Made by a program: the position numbers and the translations under genes
Assembly (NCBI GenBank): GCA_963727445.1
Contig: CAVSGI010000027.1
Location: forward strand, 160,001 to 224,000
DNA: 64,000 bases
Reading direction: 5' to 3'
Origin: an uncultured delta proteobacterium
GTDB taxonomy: Bacteria > Myxococcota_A > Polyangia > Polyangiales > B10-G4
The notes under the pieces: model-generated
The model's database searches: none
What the model was told of the DNA's origin: nothing
What the model saw: only the letters and a program-made list of their open reading frames with translations
Part shown: in pieces, positions 57,648 to 64,000 of the stretch
Position numbering within the stretch: position 1 is the stretch's first letter
Layout of the letters: the number at the start of each line of letters is the position of its first letter

Positions 57648-58595
57648 TCACTTCCGTCGCTTCGGACTGAGGACGAAGACGCGGCGGCCCTCTTCGTCCT
57701 CGCGCGCGGGCTGGACGTCGAAGACGTCGAGCTTGATCACCTTCCGCCGGCCACCATCCATGCGAAGGATCAGTCCGCCTGTCTCGCTCTCGCCCTCCAC
57801 GGCACAGAGACCGAAGACTTTGTGCCGCACGTAGTCGCCGCGTTCGGGGATGGGCTCGTCGAAGAACTCGTCCTCGGTCATGCGGCGCTTGGCGGGGAGC
57901 GGATCGGGCGCACGGACGGGCGGCGCGTTGCGACCGGACAGGAGTGTGGTCTTGTCGGCCTTCTGTCGCTCCTTGGCGCGGCGGCGGCGCTCCGCGAGGG
58001 ACAGTCGCTCGCGCGGCGGGCCGTCATCCTCCACCACGGGCGCGGCGCGCGCGGGGGCCGCCGCGACGGCGCTGACCTGGGCGACGTCGGCCCAGCTCGG
58101 CGCGCCAGCGGCGCCTGGCGACGCGACCGGCTCGGCGGCGGCGACAGCCCCGGCCCCCGCGTCGCGCCAGAGCGAGAGTCCGGTCGCTTCGTCGTGACCG
58201 CGGCTCAGGTCGAGGTCGTCGTAGACGTCGAGGCGCAGCTCGCAGGCGAAGACCGTCGCGTCCACCACGTGCCCGGCGAGCACCTCGATGCGGTCGCCCA
58301 CCTCGCGCGAGACGGTGGCGTGAACGTGCGCGAAGGGCGCGCCGTCCTTGTCGGAGATGTTCCCCGTGAGGTTGACGATCTCCACCGGCGTCTCGATGCG
58401 CCGCCCTGGGCGATACCGCTGCGTCTGTTGATCGTACTCGCAGAGCTCCACGCGTTCGAAGGCGCCAAGGGCGCTCACCCAGGCGGCGCCGATGCCGTGC
58501 TCCTCGGCGAGGGCTCGGAGCGCGGCCTGGAGCTCGTCGCCCCGCGACAGGCGGGCGACGATGTGGCGCACCTGGCGGCTCTCGAAGCTGATCAT
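57648..58595 (-). CDS. PPC (DUF296) domain protein with C-terminal Tudor-like extension
   Basis: IVARLSRGDEL...WVSALGA...EIVNLTGNIS...PFAHVHATV...AGHV, then GDYVRHKVFGLCAV. Confidence 0.85.
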   Translation of the reverse strand: MISFESRQVRHIVARLSRGDELQAALRALAEEHGIGAAWVSALGAFERVELCEYDQQTQRYRPGRRIETPVEIVNLTGNISDKDGAPFAHVHATVSREVGDRIEVLAGHVVDATVFACELRLDVYDDLDLSRGHDEATGLSLWRDAGAGAVAAAEPVASPGAAGAPSWADVAQVSAVAAAPARAAPVVEDDGPPRERLSLAERRRRAKERQKADKTTLLSGRNAPPVRAPDPLPAKRRMTEDEFFDEPIPERGDYVRHKVFGLCAVEGESETGGLILRMDGGRRKVIKLDVFDVQPAREDEEGRRVFVLSPKRRK

Positions 58596-59557
58596 TCCGA
58601 ATGCTCCCTGCCGTACTCACCCGACAGCGCGCGGGCGAGGGGCGAGCCGCTGACGCCCGGGGTGTGGCGGAAGCTGGCCACCACCTGGAACTCCGGCGCC
58701 CCGAGATCCTGGTTGAGCCCGCCGCCGAAGCCGAACACCAGCGCGGTTCGCTCCCGGTCGAGGATGATGCGGATCTCCCCGAGCCCCTGAGCGGGGTTGG
58801 TCGGGTTGTGGGTCAGACCGAGCAGGACCTGCGACTCCACCGCCATGATCAAGTGGTCGTCGAAGAGGTAGAGCGCGAGGCCAGCAGCGAGGAGCACTTG
58901 GCTGCCCCAGGTCACGTCGAGGATGGTCGAGGTCTCACGCCCGCGGAAACCCGACTGGAGCTTGAGGCTGAGGTTGCCCCAACGTGCGCTCCCCATCGCG
59001 TCGACGTACCCAGACCAGCCGGTGGATCCCGTGAAGGAGGACTCGTCACCGGCGGGCGCGAGCACGCCGCCCGCGAAGCCCACGTCCAGATGCAGGGGCC
59101 CGGCGTCGTAGCCGTGCTCGAGGGGCATGTAGGCGAGATCGAGGCGAAGGTCGGCGACCGCGCCGGCGCTCAAGCGGTCGTCCGGGTTACCGGTGAACGC
59201 CTCGATGCCGTCGCCGCGCTGGAAGACCAGCGGCACGGCGAGCGTGGCCTGAAATCGATCGAAGAGCCCGAGGGCGTACATGAGGGTGAAGGTGGCGCGG
59301 CTCTGCACCACGTCCACCGATGTCCCGAGGTTGGGATCGGTGACCACGAAGGGACGATTGATGGCGTCGAAGTCGATGGCCAGCGCGCTGCCGACGTGGG
59401 GCAAGACCTGGCTGCCGCGCACGTAGGAGAGATCGTCGTAGGCGAGCCCGGGGATCCGCGTCTGCACGTCGAAGCCGAGGCTCTGCGCCGCCGCGGGCCC
59501 TGCGTCGAGCGAGAGCGCGCAGAAGAGCGTCAGTGCCAGGACAGTGAGCGTGCGCAC
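58592..59557 (-). CDS. Exported protein, predicted outer-membrane barrel (like the N-terminal barrel of myxobacterial OmpA-family proteins)
   Basis: Signal peptide; ALGLFDRFQATLAVPLVFQRGD, ADLRLD, GDESSFTGS and GGGLNQDLGAPEFQV. Confidence 0.65.
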   Translation of the reverse strand: MRTLTVLALTLFCALSLDAGPAAAQSLGFDVQTRIPGLAYDDLSYVRGSQVLPHVGSALAIDFDAINRPFVVTDPNLGTSVDVVQSRATFTLMYALGLFDRFQATLAVPLVFQRGDGIEAFTGNPDDRLSAGAVADLRLDLAYMPLEHGYDAGPLHLDVGFAGGVLAPAGDESSFTGSTGWSGYVDAMGSARWGNLSLKLQSGFRGRETSTILDVTWGSQVLLAAGLALYLFDDHLIMAVESQVLLGLTHNPTNPAQGLGEIRIILDRERTALVFGFGGGLNQDLGAPEFQVVASFRHTPGVSGSPLARALSGEYGREHSE

Positions 59558-59591
59558 TGGCGCCCTTGTACCACGTGTACACTGGCCCGCC

Positions 59592-60965
59592 ATGGCTGAC
59601 AGCGTGATCGCGACGAGCCCCTCCACCCTCGAGGTGGTGGGCGAATATCCGGCCCACGACAGAGCGGCGGTCGAGGCCCGCCTGGCCGCGGCGGAGAAGG
59701 CTTTCGCCGCCGGTGCGAGCGGTGACTTCGCGCATCGCGCCAGCGTCCTCACCCGGGCGGCGGGCGTGCTGCGCGACCGGCGCGACGGACTCGCGCGTCT
59801 CATGGCCGAGGAGATGGGCAAGCCCGTGAAGGAGGGCCGGAGCGAGGTCGACAAGTGCGCCTGGGTCTGTGAGCACTACGCCGAGCACGGCGAGTCGTTC
59901 CTCGCGTCCATCGACGCGCCGAGCGACGCGAAGCGCAGCAAGGTCGCGTTTCGGCCGCTGGGCCCCGTGCTCGCGGTGATGCCCTGGAACTTCCCGCTTT
60001 GGCAGGTGTTCCGCTTCGCCGCGCCCGCGCTCATCGCGGGCAACGCCGGGTTGCTCAAGCACGCCTCCAACGTGCCTGGTTGTGCTCTCGCGATCGAAGA
60101 CGTCTTCCGCGAGGCGGGACTCTCGGAAGGCCTCTTCTCGACGCTGCTCATCGGTAGCGACCGGGTCGCCGAGGTGATCGAGGATCGCCGCATCCGCGCC
60201 GTGACGCTGACGGGGAGCACGCCCGCCGGGCGCGCCGTCGCTGGAGCGGCGGGGCGCGCGCTGAAGAAGACGGTCCTCGAGCTCGGCGGAAGCGACCCCT
60301 TCGTGGTCCTCGCAGACGCGGACCTCGAGGCCGCGGCGCGGATCGGCGCCCAGAGCCGGCTCATCAACGGGGGGCAGAGCTGCATCGCGGCCAAGCGCTT
60401 CATCGTGGTCGAGGCGGTGCGCGAAGCCTTCGTCGAACATTTCGTGAAGGCGATGTCGGGCGCCGTGATGGGCGATCCGCTCTCGGAACAGACCTCCCTC
60501 GGCCCGCAAGCGCGCGTGGACCTGCGCGACGAGCTCGCGGCGCAGGTGGACAGGAGCGTGAAGGCGGGCGCCGAGGTGCTCCTCGGCGCCGACGTGCCCG
60601 CGGGCCGCGGCGCCTTCTATCCGTCGTCGGTGCTGGCGAAGGTCGTCCCCGGCATGCCGGCCTACGACGAAGAGATGTTCGGCCCCGTCGCCGCGGTGAT
60701 CTCCGCCCGAGACGAGGACGACGCCATCCGGATCGCGAACGACACCACCTTCGGGCTCGGCGCCGCGGTCTTCACGCGCGACCTGGCGCGCGGCGAGCGC
60801 ATCGCAGAAGAGCGCCTGGAGGCGGGCGCCTGCTTCGTGAACGGCCTCGTGCGGAGCGACCCGCGCCTCCCCTTCGGCGGGGTCAAGGAGAGCGGCTACG
60901 GGCGCGAGCTCGGTGTCTTCGGGATCCGCGAGTTCGTGAACGTGAAGACGGTCTACGTCGCTTGA
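59592..60965 (+). CDS. NAD(P)-dependent succinate-semialdehyde dehydrogenase (SSADH1/GabD1-like)
   Basis: LAVMPWNFPLWQVFRF, LKHASNVPGCA, LTGSTPAG, LELGGSDPF, GQSCIAAKR and SDPRLPFGGVKESGYGRELG. Confidence 0.93.
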   Translation: MADSVIATSPSTLEVVGEYPAHDRAAVEARLAAAEKAFAAGASGDFAHRASVLTRAAGVLRDRRDGLARLMAEEMGKPVKEGRSEVDKCAWVCEHYAEHGESFLASIDAPSDAKRSKVAFRPLGPVLAVMPWNFPLWQVFRFAAPALIAGNAGLLKHASNVPGCALAIEDVFREAGLSEGLFSTLLIGSDRVAEVIEDRRIRAVTLTGSTPAGRAVAGAAGRALKKTVLELGGSDPFVVLADADLEAAARIGAQSRLINGGQSCIAAKRFIVVEAVREAFVEHFVKAMSGAVMGDPLSEQTSLGPQARVDLRDELAAQVDRSVKAGAEVLLGADVPAGRGAFYPSSVLAKVVPGMPAYDEEMFGPVAAVISARDEDDAIRIANDTTFGLGAAVFTRDLARGERIAEERLEAGACFVNGLVRSDPRLPFGGVKESGYGRELGVFGIREFVNVKTVYVA

Positions 60966-60987
60966 TGCAGACTCGTGGATCAGGCAC

Positions 60988-62235
60988 TCAGTGGGGCGCG
61001 TAGACGCGTGCGGGGCGCGCATCGCTGTGCGTCCCGAGCTGCTGCTGGTCGTTGCTCCCCCAACACAGCACCTCACCGTCCTCGGTGCGGGCGCAGGTGT
61101 GCTTCTGGCCGGCCGCGAGCTGAACGACGTTCGCGAGCCCGGCGAGAGGCACGGGACGAACGCAATGGGCGTCGTTGCCCGTCCGCTCCGGACAGATCGC
61201 GGCGTCGTCCGAGACCGCTCCGATCGCTCCGTCGGCGGCGAGCCCCCAGCACGAAACCGATCCGTCCCGGTGTCGCGCGCAGACGTGGTGGCTTCCGGCC
61301 TCGAGATCGACCACCTCCGGGGTTGTCGCCGGCAAGGTGGTCGGCGACGTCCGGCAGGGCTTGCCCCCATAGGCATGGCACCGCTCCAAATCTCCATCGC
61401 CGAGCTGCCCGAACCAGTTCGCCCCCCAGCACGTCACCGTGCCCTCGGCGTCGAGCGCACACGTGAACTGAGCGCCGGCGGTCAGGTCGACGATCCCGCG
61501 GAGCCGGGGAACCTCGACCGGAGCGGCTGCATCCGACTCGTCCCCCTGCCCCAACTGTCCCATCTGGCCCGAGCCCCAACACGCCACGCGCCCACCACGG
61601 CGCCTCACGCAGTAGTGCTGCCAGCCGGAGACCAGCTGCTCCGCGTCGTCGATCCCCTCCACCGGAACGAGCTCCACGCTCGCGACCTCGTCCGAACGGC
61701 CGACCTGGCCGTAGGCGCCCGCGCAGCGCACCGTGCCCTCGCGTTCGAGCAAGCACGTCGCCCCGTTGCTGACCCCGACCCCGGTCACATCGGAGATGGC
61801 AGCGGTGACAGTCGCGCCGGGCGCCGCGCGTTCGCCGTTGCCGAGCTCGCCGCGGATCCCGTCGCCCCAGCATCGTGCGACCCCCGCGCCGTCCACCGCG
61901 CACGCATGCGCGCCTTCGAGAGACGCCGCCACCACGTCGTCGATCCCCATCGCCCGCGGCATCCTCGGCGACACGTCCGGAGCCCAGCCGCGCCCCCAAC
62001 ACACCAGCCCCTCGTCGGCGACGTTGGCACAGGTCGAGTCGTGCCCGGCAAAGACCGCAGTCGCGATGAGTGGCTCGAGCGCGGGCGGAGCGGGGGGCGC
62101 GGGTGCAGACGGGGGCTGAGCCGGCGCGGGCGCAGGCGCCTCCCGTGTCGCGGGCGGAGCCTCCTCTTCATCGCAGGCCAGGCCGAAGACCAGGGCGCCG
62201 CCGAGGAGCAGCTGCACGAGTGAGGCGGCCCTCAA
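60988..62235 (-). CDS. RCC1-repeat lipoprotein
   Basis: Lipobox GLAC; repeated H/F-x-C-A...G-x-V-x-C-W-G-x-x-x-x-G-Q-L-G units. Confidence 0.9.
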   Translation of the reverse strand: MRAASLVQLLLGGALVFGLACDEEEAPPATREAPAPAPAQPPSAPAPPAPPALEPLIATAVFAGHDSTCANVADEGLVCWGRGWAPDVSPRMPRAMGIDDVVAASLEGAHACAVDGAGVARCWGDGIRGELGNGERAAPGATVTAAISDVTGVGVSNGATCLLEREGTVRCAGAYGQVGRSDEVASVELVPVEGIDDAEQLVSGWQHYCVRRRGGRVACWGSGQMGQLGQGDESDAAAPVEVPRLRGIVDLTAGAQFTCALDAEGTVTCWGANWFGQLGDGDLERCHAYGGKPCRTSPTTLPATTPEVVDLEAGSHHVCARHRDGSVSCWGLAADGAIGAVSDDAAICPERTGNDAHCVRPVPLAGLANVVQLAAGQKHTCARTEDGEVLCWGSNDQQQLGTHSDARPARVYAPH

Positions 62236-62897
62236 TCCTTCGACCCTTCGGCGAGCCGGCGCTCCTTCGCGTCGACCGCGTCGACGAAGAGCTTGATGTA
62301 CTCGCCGCCGCTGGTGATCGCGAACGCCAGGCTCACGTAGAGCAGCGTCAACCCGACCTGGTTCAGGTCGGCGGTGATCTGAGTGAAGCCGAAGTCGACC
62401 ACGTAGGTGTGGTGCAGGATCAAGAGCAGGATCGCGACCATCTGGAGCGCCGTCTTGTCCTTACCGCCGCGACCGGCGGCGATGACCACGCCTTCGCTCA
62501 TCGCGATGGTGCGAAGCGCCGTCACCGAGAGCTCGCGACCGATCATCACGATCACCGCCGCCACGCCAAGTGTCGGCAGGCGGCCCATGTAGACCAGCCA
62601 GACCAGCGTCGCCATCACCAGGAGCTTGTCTGCGAGCGGGTCGAGGAACTTGCCGAGGACGCTGATGAGCCCCTGCCGGCGCGCCAGCCAGCCATCGAGC
62701 GCGTCGGTGATCGCGCTGACGATGTAGACGATGGCGGACCAGAAATTGGCGCGCGGCGTTCCGTCCGCCAGCAGGAAGAGCACGACCGGGATGAGCGCGA
62801 TGCGCAGGAAGGTGAGGAGGTTGGGCAGGTTGATCGCGTCCTGCCGGATGCTCTTCGGCCGTCGCTTCTCCCCCGACGCGGCGTGAACCTCACTCAT
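62232..62897 (-). CDS. pgsA: CDP-diacylglycerol--glycerol-3-phosphate 3-phosphatidyltransferase
   Basis: NLPNLLTFLRI, TDALDGWLARR, GKFLDPLADKLLV and GKDKTALQM. Confidence 0.93.
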   Translation of the reverse strand: MSEVHAASGEKRRPKSIRQDAINLPNLLTFLRIALIPVVLFLLADGTPRANFWSAIVYIVSAITDALDGWLARRQGLISVLGKFLDPLADKLLVMATLVWLVYMGRLPTLGVAAVIVMIGRELSVTALRTIAMSEGVVIAAGRGGKDKTALQMVAILLLILHHTYVVDFGFTQITADLNQVGLTLLYVSLAFAITSGGEYIKLFVDAVDAKERRLAEGSKD

Positions 62898-62908
62898 CGC
62901 TCTATCTC

Positions 62909-64000
62909 TCAGGTCAGGAGGACGACGCCGCGACCTTTGAAGGTGAGCCTGGGGGCGGCGGCGCCGTAGGGCGCGGTGCCTTTGCCACGGGTGCTGGGCA
63001 AGAGGCGCCCGCTCCACCCGAGGAGCCGCGAGGGCTCGACGGAGACCGGATTGTCCTCGTCGACCGCCACGCCGGTGGGCTGGCGGAGAAGGCGCAGCAC
63101 GACCACGCCGCTGCCGTGGAGCGACAACAGGGGCACCGGATCCCCGCCGCCTGGAACGATCCCGCTCTCGTAGCCGAGGCGTCCATCGAAGCCCCACACC
63201 GCGTCCTCGCGAAGGAAGAGGTGATCATCGGAGAGCGCCACGTCGTGGAAGCGTCCGGGCAGATTCGGGGCGACCACCGCCGCCACCGGGCCGGTGAGTC
63301 GCATGACCGCGTTGTCGCCGCCGAGCAGGTCGTCGCGCTCCCTGCCGCGGGTGCGCCGCCGAACCGGCGCCATCTTCAGCTCCCCGCGCACCGCCACCAG
63401 CCCTTCCACGCGCACGTAGCCGTCGTGAACGAAGGAGACGAAGAGCTCCCCGGCCCCTCCGACGGAGAGCGGGGCGTCGTCCCGCGCCGCCAGGGTCCAA
63501 TCCGCGAGACGCATCTCGAGGGTGGGTGCAGCGACGTTGGGAACGGGCGGTCGCGCCAGCTTGGTCTGCGGCAGCCGCTCCTCACCCGGCTCGGCCACGC
63601 GCCACGCCCCGGCGCGGCTCCGTGTGGCCGTCGTAGCGACGGCCAGCGGAAGCTGCTCGGCTTCGAACTGCTCGATGGCCTCCTCGGCCGCGGAGCGCAT
63701 CGCCGCGCGGTCCCCGTTGTCGTCCTCGTCCGCGGGCTCGGGCGCTGCGACCGTCCCGGCGCTGCTCGCCGACAGCACCGCTTCCATCCGGCGCGCCATC
63801 GCCGCCTGGCCTCCGCGCAGAAACGCGTCCCGCGCCTCGCGGTACTGCTCGAGGCGCCAGTAGGTCACGCCGAGGTAGCCCCAGGCCTTGTCGTGATCGG
63901 GGTTGAGGGCGACCGCGTCCACCAGATGGCCCAGCGCCTCGCGATGTTGCCCCGTCTTGAGGAGCGAAAGGGCGAGGTTGACCTTGAGCGTGGTGTCCTT
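62909..64000 (-). CDS. TPR + AIM24-like domain protein (5' end outside window)
   Basis: TPR (KAWGYLGVTY), then LFLREDAVWGFD...LHGSGVVVL...VEPSRLLGWSG...FKGRGVVLL; the frame appears open to the window edge. Confidence 0.75.
   Translation of the reverse strand, partial: KDTTLKVNLALSLLKTGQHREALGHLVDAVALNPDHDKAWGYLGVTYWRLEQYREARDAFLRGGQAAMARRMEAVLSASSAGTVAAPEPADEDDNGDRAAMRSAAEEAIEQFEAEQLPLAVATTATRSRAGAWRVAEPGEERLPQTKLARPPVPNVAAPTLEMRLADWTLAARDDAPLSVGGAGELFVSFVHDGYVRVEGLVAVRGELKMAPVRRRTRGRERDDLLGGDNAVMRLTGPVAAVVAPNLPGRFHDVALSDDHLFLREDAVWGFDGRLGYESGIVPGGGDPVPLLSLHGSGVVVLRLLRQPTGVAVDEDNPVSVEPSRLLGWSGRLLPSTRGKGTAPYGAAAPRLTFKGRGVVLLT

Overview
High-GC window whose gene content points to a Myxococcota genome, probably Polyangiales/Sandaracinaceae-like (inferred from gene content only). 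The left third holds an adventurous-gliding (Agl-Glt) locus: a translationally coupled gltC-gltD-gltE run followed by gltF and gltG, a divergent cglC/gltK-like lipoprotein, a large AgmK/GltI-like TPR gene running off the left edge, and two GltA/GltB-like outer-membrane barrels downstream of ftsY. The middle carries signalling genes (HAMP, HEAT, MXAN_5187-like, GAF, a GlnR-like pseudo-receiver regulator), a deacetylase/acyl-CoA ligase/MlaE-MlaF-like group and pdxA. It also has a redox block (TlpA, DsbA, a heme-motif lipoprotein, and a predicted porin plus 13-heme cytochrome c) next to RNase P RNA. The right part has FGE-sulfatase, FAH, FG-GAP (CglD-like), two aldehyde dehydrogenases, a MerR/sigma-4 regulator pair, a Dpp/Opp ABC transporter, RCC1, pgsA and TPR-AIM24 genes. 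Non-coding highlights are a dispersed ~250-bp inverted-repeat element, a 28-bp REP-like cluster after rnpB, and about ten sigma70-like promoters that share an 18-bp spacer. Many genes are broken by small indels that look more like long-read assembly errors than true pseudogenes. No CRISPR array, tRNA, rRNA or transposase was seen. All family assignments are from motif recognition by eye; no database search was run.
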